The notes under the pieces were generated by a model. The model worked only from the letters and a program-made list of their open reading frames with translations, searched no databases and was not told where the DNA came from. Of a stretch of DNA of 64,000 nt, positions 23,225 to 43,397 are shown in pieces; the stretch's first letter is position 1; every line of letters starts with the position of its first letter. This DNA comes from the human T2T-CHM13v2.0 reference genome, Homo sapiens, in the NCBI RefSeq assembly GCF_009914755.1, contig NC_060934.1; one strand, 5' to 3'. Made by a program: the position numbers and the translations under genes.

Positions 23225-23836
23225 TGTTGGGGCTTAGAAACCAATACCCTAAAATAGGGTGCTTTGTACATGTTGAGCTGAAAAAGCAGTCTCAAGGTCT
23301 CTCTCAACCTCCTCCCACCTGCCCCTCTTCGCTGTCTCTCCCAAAGCATAGTATTCTCTGAAGTTTCCTTATCTGTCCAAAGTCCTGACCTACCAAAGAA
23401 AAACAATTATCTCTGATCTCTTTCCTGAGTTTTAATTAACTGAACCCACATTGCAAGAAAGAAGACCAAAGTCTGTCAATAAACCTGGACAGACTTTTGT
23501 CACAAACCACTGTCTGGTCTGCAGGCCCAACAGACTTTGTCCCAGACCATTGGAAGTTCCTCAAGTTCATTGAATTCTCCCTAGTAATCATTTATTGCCC
23601 TCAATAGAATTCCTCTTCTTCACCCTCCCATAACCTGTTTTGCCAGCATCCAAGTCACCATTTTTTCTGTAGCCTCAAGATGGTACATAAGCTTCTGCAC
23701 CCCATTGGGGGGTTGGTCTTCCGTGTCACATAAAACTATTGTCAAACAGATGCATATGCCAATTAATCTGCCTTTTGTGACCTGATTTTTCAGCAAAACT
23801 TCAGAGGGCGAAGAGGAAGTTCACCTGACCCCAACA
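23225..23836 (+). mobile_element. MER39-type solo LTR
   Basis: TGTTGGGGCTTAGAAA...CCCCAACA with 4-bp TSD GCAA; inserted in L2. Confidence 0.85.
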
Positions 23837-24522
23837 GCAACCAGAACAGTTCAAGTCATACTCAGTCCTTGAAAGAACTAAGAGGACAATTCACTCCACA
23901 CAGCTTCTATGTCATGTGGTTTAGATAAGGAATCTAGGCTGATAAAGGCCAAAGTGAGGGATGGGAACCTTCTCTGAATATAGAGATAGTTGGGGAAATC
24001 CCCTCTGGGGATGTAACATTTACCTGAAACTTGAATAATGAGAAAGAATCAAGCCGGACATGGTGGCTCAAGCCTGTAGTCCCACGATCTGCAGTGAGCC
24101 ATGATGGCACCACTGCACTCCAGCCTGTGTGACAGAGTGAAACCCCATCTCAAAAAAAGAGAGAAAGAATCAGCCATGTAAAGAGCTCTTCAGGCAGGAG
24201 AAACTGCAGGTGCAAAATCTTGAAGTAGAAAGCCATCTAGTACGTTTCGGAAACACAAAATAAGCCATGTGAACAAAGGAGGCAGTTTTATGAGATCAGA
24301 TTAGAAAACAAACAGGGCCAGGTGCAGTGTCATGCATCTGTAATCCCAGCTACTTTGGAGGGTGAGGTGAGAGGCTCACTTGAGCCCAGAAGTTCAAGAT
24401 TGCAGCACATTATGATTGTGCCTGTGAATAGCCACTGCACTCCAGCCTGAGCAACATAGCAAGACCCTGTCTCTTAATAATAATAATAATAACTATCTTT
24501 TTTTTTCTTTTTTTTTTTTTGA

Positions 24523-24834
<312 letters not shown>

Positions 24835-25616
24835 TAGGTCATTTCTGGTTTGGTGAGCCATGGTAAAGAGATTGATTTTTGTGATAAGTTGATGTATTGA
24901 GACGTGATTAAAATATCCCCAAATGAAGGGACTGAAATGAAAATAACCAAACGAGATAAATGTGTGTGGAACTGCCTTGTTAACAATAAGGATTATATCT
25001 GTATATGTCATATTAAAACTAAAAAGTACATTGTTTTTCCCCTTGAATAATCCTCAATAAACCAAAACACAGAATGGCTCAATTCATATTTTGATTCATC
25101 TAATTGATTAAAACTATTTGGGTGTGTCATCCTTTGATATACCGTAAGTACTATCACGGTTATGAGGGGCTGCACCATGAACTAACAGTTTGGCATGACT
25201 TGGCCCCATATCAAAGGCAACTCCCTCTGGCTTCCCCCCACAATGCACCATGTCACAGCCATAAGCTGTTGTTTGCAATGGCAAGCAGATGAGAGTAGTG
25301 AGCTGCTGAAACTAATCAAAGCTGGCCTTGCTCATGCTATGTCAGCTAACCGTCCATCCTGGAATAGCCAGGGGACCAAATTCCAGGGCGGTGGGGAGGA
25401 GGGGATGTATAGATAAAATACTGTTAATATATGCTTATTTCTATTATAAAAGAAAATGTGATCCAACAACCTAGTGATAGAACATGGAAGACATAGGTTT
25501 GCATCCTAAAATGTCAGACATCACATGAAAATACTAACAACTATTCATCAAAATGTTGACACAATGCACCTGGCAGTCTCATGGCCAAGGTTCAGAACGG
25601 TGAGAATTCAAGTTGA

Positions 25617-26033
<417 letters not shown>

Positions 26034-26326
26034 TAGGACAAGGCCAACTCCTAGAAGACAACAGAGGCCATTTGGTTTCATTTAGGGATAGACCCTGGTT
26101 GGCAAGAGTAAGACCAGGTCTTGTTTTGTTCTTCCTAGAAGAGAACAGACCCTATAAGAAAGCTTCTGTATTCTGAAGAAAAGACTGTATCATGTTTATC
26201 TTCAGGGCTGTTCTTAATATATTGATATATTGATGCCTAGGGACTCCTCTTCCTATCTACTTGCAGAAGCTTGAATTGGTTTACGGGAAAACAGAGAATT
26301 ATTTCACACTCAGAAGTAAAAACCAT

Positions 26327-27444
<1,118 letters not shown>

Positions 27445-27642
27445 TTAACTAAAAGAGAGCATTCTGAATGTTTTCACCACAAAGAAGTAATAAATATTTG
27501 AGATGATGGATTTGCTAATTACTCTGATTTGCTAATTATACAATGTATACATATATTGTACCCCATAAATATGTACAATTATATGTCAATGAAAGATAAA
27601 TAAAACAGAAAAAAGTCACAGTAAAATCAAAATGATGCTTAA

Positions 27643-27972
<330 letters not shown>

Positions 27973-28153
27973 TAATGGGAAACAACTCATCTATACTCGC
28001 AGTCCCCCATATTTCCATTCCAGCACCCAGAAGTGATCATATGACCCCAGACTGACCAATCAGAGTCACTGTGATAGTTTTAGAGATAGGCACGTAATCC
28101 AGTTTGTGCTATTGAGATTCATGCTCAAGAATCAATAGTTTGTTGCTAAACTG

Positions 28154-28589
28154 TGTTAAATGAAATTTATAGGAGGCCATTGGGTGGAACTGAGCTCTTG
28201 CACTAGGCTTAACAGATAAAACCAAAATGGAGTTACTCATACTGAAGTTTCCACCAAGCCAAAACTAAGCTATTTATTTGATCTTCCAAGAAATCAGGCA
28301 AGAAATAGATAATAGCCAAATCCCCAAACAGGCCTGTTTTGGGAAGCATGATGAGGTGGCCCCCTCTGCTTTAACCTTTATAAGGAAAGTAACTTTGTAA
28401 CAACCAATCAGTTTTTGTTCTGTTCCTGCGTTCTTCAGCCCTCTTCTGCCTATAAAGTCAAATTTCTCTGCTCAACTCATCTGAACACTCATTCTATCTT
28501 ATAGAATGAGTTGTTGCCCAATTCTAGAATTGCAAATAAAAGCCAATTCGATCTTTAATCTAAATTTGTTGTAATTTTGTCTTTTGATA
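28154..28589 (+). mobile_element. LTR54-type solo LTR inserted in an older MLT1-like element
   Basis: TGTTAAATGAAATTTATAGGAGGCCATTGG...AATAAAAGCC...GTCTTTTGATA; flanks ACTG/GCTG. Confidence 0.75.
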
Positions 28590-28980
28590 GCTGAGAGAAG
28601 ATAAGCTAAAAGGAGCTGTTGTTCACCTTGCCTCATGGAGAGAGACTATGTGAGAATGAAGTCACTACTGAAGACAATGAAATCAAGAAATGGAGAGAGA
28701 TTCCATACCACCTAACTTAGGCACCTCAATCCAGCTATGTCTGGATTTTTAGTTATATGCCAATAAAGGTCTCATCTCTAAACTACTGGCTCAATATGCC
28801 AGTCTAAGATGGAAGATTTACTATTTCCTAGTAAGATGAGAAAAATTTCATTTACAAGACTTCTTTATTCTGAGATTATACCTTTCCTAATTTTTGGTGT
28901 TAGAGTATTTACGAATTGATGGTGATAGTGGATAACAATTGTATTTTACCAATAGTCCTTAATAGAAAATTAGAAAGTTA

Positions 28981-29112
<132 letters not shown>

Positions 29113-29337
29113 CTACAAAAAATTTAAAAATTAGCCAGGCATAGTGGTACATGCCTGTAGTCTCAGTTACTCAGGAGGCTGAGAAAGGAGGATCACTTGA
29201 GCCCAGGAGGTCAAGGTTGCAGGCAGCTGTGATTGTGCCACTGCACTCCAGCCTGGGCAACAGAACAATACCCTATCGAAAAAAAAAAAAAAAAGAAAGT
29301 TGGTGGGCCCTTTATCCTTCCATTAAAAAAAAATTAG

Positions 29338-29443
29338 GTCATTTTGTAGGTCATAAGCATGATGATTGAGTTTTCATGCTCATGCGTGAGATGTACCTCC
29401 CTCAAACCTTGCTACAACATTGGTAATGTACCAATGTCTGACA
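29338..29443 (+). pseudogene. U13 (SNORD13) snoRNA retropseudogene, near full length
   Basis: TTTTGTAGGTCATAAGCATGATGATTG...GTGAGATGTACCTCCCTCAAACCTTG...GTCTGACA aligns with U13. C box ATGATGA and D box CTGA present; flanked by the repeat TTAAAAAAA(A)ATTA. Confidence 0.85.
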
Positions 29444-30599
29444 TTAAAAAAAATTATTGGCTTGTAAAATACAAGCCTTCTATAAACTACCGTGTGTTTC
29501 AAATACTATATTTGGATATTTTTAAAAAGAACAAAATTGTGGTCACTTTATTTCTTCATTTATTTATTCTTCATCTGATTCCAGAAAGGATTTGAGGAAA
29601 CTCACTCAATTCCTTTGATCTAGTGCCCGGGATGGACTTCATCCCAAAGGGCTCATATGGGACAATCTAAAAGGAAGTCAAAGATGCCTTTTCTCCCTCC
29701 TCCTGCAGGGTGAACATGGATCCAAGCGGTGACTTTCTTTGCCTCCTCCCTGAGACTGCAGGGGGAGGCAGGCAGAGTAACAGCAGAAACAAGCAGTGCT
29801 TTTTCTGTTTGGCTTTTCCCCGGGCTGCTGGCCTCTTATCCCTTCATGGCTCCAGGCAGTGCTTCTTAGGTGATGCTACACCCACCTGCAGCAGGGCCTG
29901 GTGGGGTGGGGGCGAAGGGGTGCAGGAAGTATGTGAACAGAATGAAGGTGGGAGAAAGAAAGATTAACGAGTAGCAGTGTGGGGAGGATCATGAAGTGGT
30001 GAGGGAAAGAATAAGAGACAGTAGGGGTAGGGGGAAGCCTTTATAAATAGTGATATTTAACTTCTGGGAGGAGGGAGAGAAGTGATGTTTGCTTAAGCAT
30101 TTGCTCAGGGGGAATGTTTACTCATGGTTAAACCCAGAATACAGTTAGTGTTAAAGTAGAAATGAAGCTGCATTCCAGGCAGGAGGTGGGCATGGTGGAT
30201 TGCAGGGTGTGTGCTGAGAGTGTGTGTATGAGACAAATTGTGGTACCACATGTGTAAAGATGATGCTCTAGACACAGGAAGTCTAACTTCTCCAGTTCTG
30301 ATGGCAGATTTGTACCAAGTCATGCTGTCCTACTTTCTATATCCTTGCTTTCGAGATGGCTGGTTGGGTTTAGGGGTGTTTTCTGTGGCCACGGAGAAAG
30401 TGAATCTTACTGGCTCACTTATTAATAGACTCAGTGTGGTTTGGATGCTACACTGTCTTGGACCTATGCTGAGTTAGACTTCTAGCACATTGAGATCATA
30501 AATCAGGAAACTGAGCATGCACACACACCCCCTTACGTTCAAGAGATGCAGTTGCTAGAACCAGGTGGGCTCTTTCCTGCCACAGGGCTCCTGGGCTTG

Positions 30600-30867
30600 C
30601 CATTTGAGTGGCTGCAGCTGTGCCTGGGAGGATGGGGCCCCTGCCTGATCCCGGGCCCCAAGAGGACCGGGATGCCTGGGTCCATAGCCATGGCTTGGGC
30701 AGTTGCAGCGGCACCTGGGGAGCTCCTGCCCCAACTCGGAAGGAATGGGGCTCCCGCTGGTCCCTGGCTCCCGCTGGCTCTATTGAGCTTGCAGCCCCAG
30801 CTGCACCTCCCTGCTGCAGCCGGCGTGATGGCAGCAGCCACTCCAGATGGCCCGCCGCTGCCATCAT
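30600..30867 (-). mobile_element. MER52-family LTR 5' fragment
   Basis: Minus strand begins TGATGGCAGCGGCGGGCCATCTGGAGTGGCTGCTGCCATC. Confidence 0.8.
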
Positions 30868-30879
30868 AAGCACATGGTG

Positions 30880-31087
30880 GGTTTCTTTGGCAACCAGACC
30901 CATCCTGAAGCTATCTAGGGGCTTTCAGCTACCAGTCATCTCATTAACATAAACTCAGGTGTAATTCAAATTCAGGGGCTTGTTACCGGTAGCAAAAGAG
31001 CTCCTATCACCTCTGTCATTCAGGAAGTTACAAGGGTTTTAGAAGTTGTACACCAGGGGACAAAGACAAAATATATATTTCTTAATA
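30880..31087 (-). mobile_element. MER21-family LTR; its terminal 11 bp resume at 43114-43124
   Basis: CTCATTAACATAAACTCAGGTG...CAAAATATATATTTCTTAATA continues as ACAATATCACA after the MER57 provirus. Confidence 0.75.
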
Positions 31088-31458
31088 GGTCTGCTAAGTT
31101 AGGTTTATCATAAAGCTGCCTCCTTACACAGTTCAAGTTCAGTGTAAAGATTTTGCCATACATAGTGAACTATAACCTTATTGGATGCATAAACAGACTG
31201 TAACCTATTCTTGTGCCAATCACTGAATTTAAGCCAATCAAAGGTGACCAACTATTCAAAATGTGTCCAAATAAGGCAAATGCAAAGCTGTAACCAATCC
31301 AACTGTTTCTGTCCATCACTTTCCTTTTTCTGCCTGTAAGTCTTTTTTGACTACGCAGCTGTGCAGGAGTCTTTCTGAACCTATTCTGCTTTGGGGGCTG
31401 CCTGATTTGCAAATCATTCTTTGCTCAATAAACTCTCTGTTAAATTTAATTTGCCTAA

Positions 31459-31824
<366 letters not shown>

Positions 31825-31902
31825 TAGCCAGGATGGTCTTGATTTCCTGACCTCGTGATCCACCCGCCTCAGCCTTCCAAAGTGCTGGGATTACAGGCAT
31901 GA

Positions 31903-32046
<144 letters not shown>

Positions 32047-32067
32047 TAAGGTTTTCTTTTTAACAGA

Positions 32068-32085
32068 TGGTGTCAGAAATGGGAT
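32068..32085 (+). other. Retroviral primer-binding site (tRNA-Leu)
   Basis: TGGTGTCAGAAATGGGAT is a 17/18 match to the reverse complement of the tRNA-Leu(CAA) 3' end (TGGTGTCAGAAGTGGGAT), 2 nt after the LTR CA. Confidence 0.85.
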
Positions 32086-32751
32086 CTGAAGTAGAGCTTC
32101 TACCCCCACCAGGGGCATTGAGTGACTAATGAGGTACCAACCAGACTCATTTTGTCCATTGCTCTCTCTTACAACTGAGGATCGTGGGTATCTTCTCTCT
32201 CAGATTCTGAAGCTCTATGGGTTTGTGTTTTGAGCTATCTGTTTGAGTGAATTTTTTATATGAATTGGGTTTGGAAGTTGTGATACAAACTGGACTAGGT
32301 CTAGGATCAGATTACATGCAATAGTTAACTGGCTTTGATCCAGTTAGACGCCTCAGATGTCTGAGTGGTTCACAGAGAAACTGGCAGTAAATGGTAATAG
32401 CACAGAGGCTGTGAACTTCAGCTTTTAGAAATTCACAGAGATTTTTGTGTTGTAGTATTCCTTTTGTTTCCTTTTCTTGCACACTTAGGTAGAAAAAAAA
32501 GCATTAGCTAAGTTAATCAAAGGGATCTGAGAGTTAAGGACAAGATCCAAAGTAAAAATGGGGGTCCCTGGCCAGGCACGGTGGCTCACGCCTGTAATCC
32601 CAGCACTTTGGGAGGCCAAGGCGGCGGATCACCTGAGGTCCGGAGTTCAAGACCAGCCTGACCAACATGGAGAAACCGTGTCTCTACTAAAAATACAAAA
32701 TTAGCCAGGTGTGCTGCCGCATGCCTGTAATCCCAGCTACTAGGGAGGTTA

Positions 32752-32847
<96 letters not shown>

Positions 32848-33112
32848 TCAAAATAATAATAATAATCCTTTACTACTGAAGAACTTAGTACTCCACCTTC
32901 CAGCTATGCTTACCTATACATGCATAAATATTAGGCTCTGGAGCCAGGCATGGTGGCTCATGCCTGTAATCCCAGCACTTTGGGAGGCCGAGGCAGACAA
33001 ATCACGAGGTCAGAAGTTCGAGACCAGCCTGGCCAACATGGTGAAACCCTGTCTCTCCTAAAAATGCAAAAAATTACCTGAGTGTAGTAGTAGGCACCTG
33101 TAATCCCAGCTA

Positions 33113-33236
<124 letters not shown>

Positions 33237-33762
33237 TTAGGCCCTGGAAGCAGCAAACACAGAAATGGCAACACCTTACTAAAAATAATACAAAACTACA
33301 ACATTTCAAATGAATACTGCACTTTTAAAAGTGTATTTAAAAATGAGGGCCCCAGGCTGGGCATGGTGGCTGTCGCCTGTAATCCCAGTGCTTTGGGAGT
33401 CTGAGGCAGGAGGACTGCTTGAGCCTAGGACTTTGAGACCAGCCTGGGCAATATAGTGAGATCTTGTCTCTACAAAAAACACAACACAATTAGCTAGGTG
33501 TGATGCACATACCTGTAGTCATAGCTACTCAGGAGCCTGAGGTGGGAGGATCTCTTGAGCCTAGGAGATTGAGGCTGCAGTGAGCTGTGATCACACCACT
33601 ACACTTCAGCCTGGGTGACAGAACAAGACCCTGTGTCAAAAAAAAAGTTTTAAAAAATGAGGGCCCCAGGCCAGGCGCAGTGGCTCACGCCTGTAATTCT
33701 AGCACTTTGGGAGGCCGAGGCAGGCGGATCACGAGGTCAGGAGATCGAGACCATCCTGGCTA

Positions 33763-34011
<249 letters not shown>

Positions 34012-34063
34012 TTATTGATGTACAGAAGCTTCTGAAAAGATTTCAATATTTTTATTGATTTTA

Positions 34064-34207
<144 letters not shown>

Positions 34208-34210
34208 TTA

Positions 34211-34435
<225 letters not shown>

Positions 34436-34831
34436 TTAAAAGTAAATAATTGGCTGGGCATGGTGGCTCACGCCTGTAATCCCAGCACTTTGGGAGGCCA
34501 CGGTGGGCAGATCACTTGAGGTCAGGAGTTGAAGACCAGCCTGGCCAACATGGTGAAACTTCGTCTCTACTAAAAATACAAAAATCAGCTGGGCGTAGCG
34601 GCGCACGTCTGTAGTCCCAGCTACTCAACAGGCTGAGGCATGAGAATCGCTTGAACATGGAAGCAGAGGTTGCAGTGAGCTGAGATGGCGTCACTACGCT
34701 TCAGCCTGGGTGACCAAGCGAGACTCTGTCTCCAAAAAAAAAAAAAGTAAATAACAAAACAAAGGGGAAAAAAAAGACTGTTTATAAAAAGTAAATAGAA
34801 GGCTTATGTGACTAAACGATAAGAAGAGTTA

Positions 34832-34987
<156 letters not shown>

Positions 34988-35201
34988 TCAGAAGGCTGAG
35001 GTGGGAGGGTTGCTTGAGCCCAGGAGGTCAAGACTGCAATAAGCCATGATCACATCACTGCACTCCAGCCTAGGCAACAGAGCAAGATTCTGAGAAGAAG
35101 AAAGAAGAAAGATCAAAGAAGGAAGAAGAAAGAAGAAAGAAGGAAAGGAAGAACAAGAGGAATTAAATCTGCTCATCCTTTAGCTTCATTACTATCTGGC
35201 A

Positions 35202-35762
35202 TGAGATGGGATAGTTCCCTTCACCCTTACCCCCTTCGTGGGTGGGCAGGAACTGGAGTGGTTTGTTTCACTCAGCCTGCAGTCCTTGGATGGCTAAGTG
35301 TTAACAGCTCAGTGAAGGGTCAGGGTGACAGCCTCCTGCACCTGCCTTTTTGACACCCAAGTTCTTTTTCAGTGTGCAGGAAGAATCAGATCACACAGAC
35401 TGTTTGAAGACTGGCTCTCAGCAGCATGTGGAGCTGGAAAGGGGATGGTGCAGGAAGAAGGTGATCTTTCCCTGAAGCCGCACCATCTGAAGTTAGCTAT
35501 TTGTAGTCTCTGATGCTCAGTTGCTTGCTTCTCTGCTTGCTGCTCAGCTGCTTGTATCCTGAGGCTCAGCAGCTGGCGTTCCGGACCACTTGCATCGGCT
35601 GCTCATGTTGCTCTTTCTTTTTTCTGCCAACTGGTCTGGTTTTTATGGACACAGGATGGGGGTGGGGTGGGCCAAAAAGGCAATCATTTGGGCGGAAAAA
35701 ATAGGATCAGCTGTTTTCGCTTAGGGCAGAGGTTCCAGGCTTAAGAGTGGAGTTTAGCCAGG
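35202..35762 (-). mobile_element. LTR27/LTR28/MER52-group LTR fragment
   Basis: GGAGCTGGAAAGGGGATGG...TTTTTATGGACACAGGATGGGG...GGCCAAAAGGCAA pattern; subfamily uncertain. Confidence 0.6.
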
Positions 35763-36222
35763 AGGAGGTCCTGAGAACATTTGCCCACGGTGGTTGGGGC
35801 ACAGCTTGGTTTTATACATTTTAGAGAGGCATGAGACATCAATAAAATACATTTAAGAAATACATTGGTTTGGTCCAGAAAGGTGGAACAACTCAAACCG
35901 GGGCAGGGCTTCCAGACTATAGGTGAATTTAAACATTTTCTGGTTGACAATTGGTTGAGTTTGTCTAAAGACCTGGGATTGATAGAGAGGGAATGTTCAG
36001 GTTAAGATAAAGATTGTGGAGACCAAAGTTATTTTGAAGTCTTATAGTGGCTGCCCTTAGAGGCAATAGATGACAAATGTTTCCTATTCAGATTTAGTTA
36101 ATCTCTTTAGGTTATTTTTGCCTGGATTTACTGGTCAGACAGAAATGTATTTTAGGGTAAAATATTTTGACCTTCTTTGTCTCATAATGTTATGCAGAGT
36201 CAGGTTGGAAAGTAAATCACGA
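35763..36222 (-). mobile_element. MER4-family LTR fragments
   Basis: GGAGGTCCTGAGAACAT...CAGCTTGGTTTTATACATTTTAG...GAGACATCAAT; reverse-homologous to the MER4 LTR at 45300-45420. Confidence 0.8.
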
Positions 36223-36393
36223 TATTTTTGCCTGGATTTACTGGTCAGACAGATGTATGCTCTCTCTGCTACATGTTTTAAAGTTATACTACTGCTGCTT
36301 CTTAATATTTTTTGATACTTGTTTGATTTGACTGTGAGCTTATGATTTTGGTTTTGAGCCTCTGGATTCTGGGGTCTGGATGAGTGGTCATGG

Positions 36394-38340
<1,947 letters not shown>

Positions 38341-38746
38341 AAGGCGGGCCTGGGGACATGTTCCCAGTGCCTAGACCACCAGCTGCAAGGCAGAGTCAAA
38401 CTCAATTATGGTCCCTTTTCCCTGCCCCAGCTTTGCCTCCTACCTATTCTAGGAGGGCTTTGATCCTCCAGGTATCATCTTCACACTCTGTCTTCTGTCC
38501 TGAGCTCTACACCTGGTATATAAATTCAGGACTCAGGCCCTGCCCTTTATAGTCCCTCTGGGTGCCACATGACTACATGAGACCCAAGACGACTAGCAAA
38601 GACATTGGGGAGGGTACCTGTGACACAGTTTCAAAATTCTCTTTTTTTTTTTTTTTTTTTGAGAGAGAGTCTCACTCTATAGCCCAGGCTGGAGTGCAAT
38701 GGTGTGATCTCGGCTCACTGCAACTTCCGCCTCCCAGGTAAAGTGA

Positions 38747-38956
<210 letters not shown>

Positions 38957-39393
38957 TAAAATACTTGGCCAGGCAGGGCATGATGGCTCATGCTTGAGCT
39001 CAGGAGTTCAAGAACAGCCTGGGCAACATGGAGAAACTCTGTCTCTACTAAAAATACAAAAAATTAGCTGGGCCTGGTGGCATGTGGCTGTAATCCCAGC
39101 TATTCAGGTAGCTGAGGGAGAATTGCTTGAACCTGGGAGGCAGAGGTTGCAGTGAGCTGAGATCATGTCATTGTGCTCCAGCTTGAATGACAGAGCAAGG
39201 CTCTGTATCAAAAAAAAGGTCAGGTGCAGTGGCACATGCCTGTAATCCCAGCACTTTGGGAGTCAAGGCAGGAAGATCACCAGAGGTCAGGAGTTCAAGA
39301 CCAGCCTGGCCACATGGTGAAACCGTGTCTCTACTAAAAATACAAAACAATTAGCCGGGCATGGTAGTATGCACCTGTAGTCCCAGCTACTCA

Positions 39394-39561
<168 letters not shown>

Positions 39562-39778
39562 TCAGGAGTCTGAGGCAGGAGAATCATTGAACCCGGGAGG
39601 CAGAGCTTGCAGTAAGCCGAGATAACACTACTGCACTCCAGCCTGGGTGACAAAAAGTGAGATTCTGTCTCAAAAAAAAAAAAAAAAAAAAAATTGGCTG
39701 GGCACAGTGGCTCACATCTATAATCCCAGCACTTTAGAAAGCCAGCACTTTGGGAGATGGGCAAATTGCTTGAGCCTA

Positions 39779-40018
<240 letters not shown>

Positions 40019-40055
40019 TTAAGATTTCCTTGGTAAGGCCGGGTGTGGTCGTTCA

Positions 40056-40356
<301 letters not shown>

Positions 40357-40589
40357 TCAAAGTTATTGCAGACTGATGACAATCAGATCCATCTCTAGTG
40401 GAAAACATAAATTGAATCCTCATGAAATAGTCACTGAAAAGCCTATGCTCTTAATCATAGAACCCCATGTATCTTCTGCTCCTAAACTCTAAAATGGCTA
40501 AATGCTTTAACACTTTAATGCATTATGGCCGGGCGCAGTGGCTCACGCCTGTAATCCCAGCACTTTGGGAGGCCAGGGCGGGCGGATCA

Positions 40590-40856
<267 letters not shown>

Positions 40857-41090
40857 TTATGCCAAAAGTGTGTTTTCATCAGGTTAAGAAAGCTTTTCAT
40901 GGTCTACTCACTGATCAAACTCTTCACAACCTAGGACTAAAAGATGGGTTCTTCTGAGAACATTAGAGAAAGACTGCCCTTGTCACCCACATTGCAGCAA
41001 AACTTCTAAACCTTAAACTTTAGGTTCCTAATCTCACAACTCAGAAGGGTCCCTCCAGATTCTTAGAACTATCCCCCTTTGGGGACCTTA

Positions 41091-41300
<210 letters not shown>

Positions 41301-41407
41301 TCAGGAAATCGAGACCATCCTGGCTAACACCGTGAAACCCCGTCTCTACTAAAAATACAAAAAATTGGCTGGGCGTGGTGGCGGGCGCCTATAGTCCCAG
41401 CTACTCA

Positions 41408-41614
<207 letters not shown>

Positions 41615-42612
41615 TCAAGACCACTCTGGTCAACATGGTGAAACCCTATCTCTACAAAAAATACAAAAATTAGCCAGGCACAATGGTACGCACCTGTAGT
41701 CCCAGCTACTCGGGAGGCTCAGATGGGAAGATTGCTGCAGCCCAGGAGTTCGAGGCTGCAGTGAGCTGGGATTGTGTCACTGCACACCAGCCTGAGCGAC
41801 AGAGCAAATAAGACTCTGTTTCAAAAAAAAAAAAGAAAGAAAGAAAGAAAAGAAAAGAAAGAAAGAAATCTACCCAGGGAAGTTTCTCCCTATAAGCAGA
41901 CAGCATCTTAGATGTAGACAGCTATTTCCCAGGATCACAGATCAAGACTCCTCTGGTATCATGAGACTGTTATCTCTCAGTTTTTTCCTTGCTTATGCCT
42001 CTATGAACAATAGAACTGAAAAAGAGGTATCTTGTGTGCACTCACAGGGTATACTTTTATTTGTACATGGACAAACTTATCTCTTGATACATGGAAGATA
42101 AGGAGGCAACATGGGCAAGAAATTTTAATACCCTTGTTGGTCCATAATCAGTCAGAAACAGAACATTGGACTTCTCTTAGGGGTTAAGAGAACACTTTTG
42201 TTTTTGTTTCCCTTCAGAATTCAATATGAAAGCTTAAAGCTGCCTTCTTACATATTTTAAGTTCAGCCTAAAGGTTTTTTTGTACATAGTGAACTGTAAC
42301 CAAAATGTGTAAATGGGCTGTAACCTTACTGTTATACCAATCATTGAGTTTTGACCAATCAAAGGTGGGCAACTGTTTAAACTGTGTTCAAATAAGGCAA
42401 ATATCAAACTATATACAATCCAGCTGCTTCTGTACGTCCACTTCTGCTTTATGTACATCACTTTCCTTTTTCTGTCCATAAAATTTAGACCACACAGCAG
42501 CGACAGAGTCTCCCTGAACTTATTCTGGTTTGGGTGCTACCTGGTTCACAAATCATTCTTTGCTCAATTAAAAATTGTTAAATTTAATCTAAGGTTTTTT
42601 TTTTTTTTTTGA

Positions 42613-42920
<308 letters not shown>

Positions 42921-43110
42921 TGAGCCACCGCACCCAGCCGAGGTTTTTCTTAATTAAGAAAACTTTTTTTAATTGAGACGAGGTCTATGTTGCCCAGGTT
43001 GGTCTTGAACTCCTGAACTCAAGCAGTTCTCCTGACTCAGCCTCCCAAAGCACTGGAATTACAGGTGCGAGCCACTACACTTGACCTGTCTAAGGTTTTT
43101 CTTTTAATAG

Positions 43111-43374
<264 letters not shown>

Positions 43375-43397
43375 TAGAGACAGTGGGCTCACTACGC

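Noticed and set aside
30496-30952. Cluster of 100-135 aa ORFs
   Set aside because: GC-rich MER52 LTR fragment.
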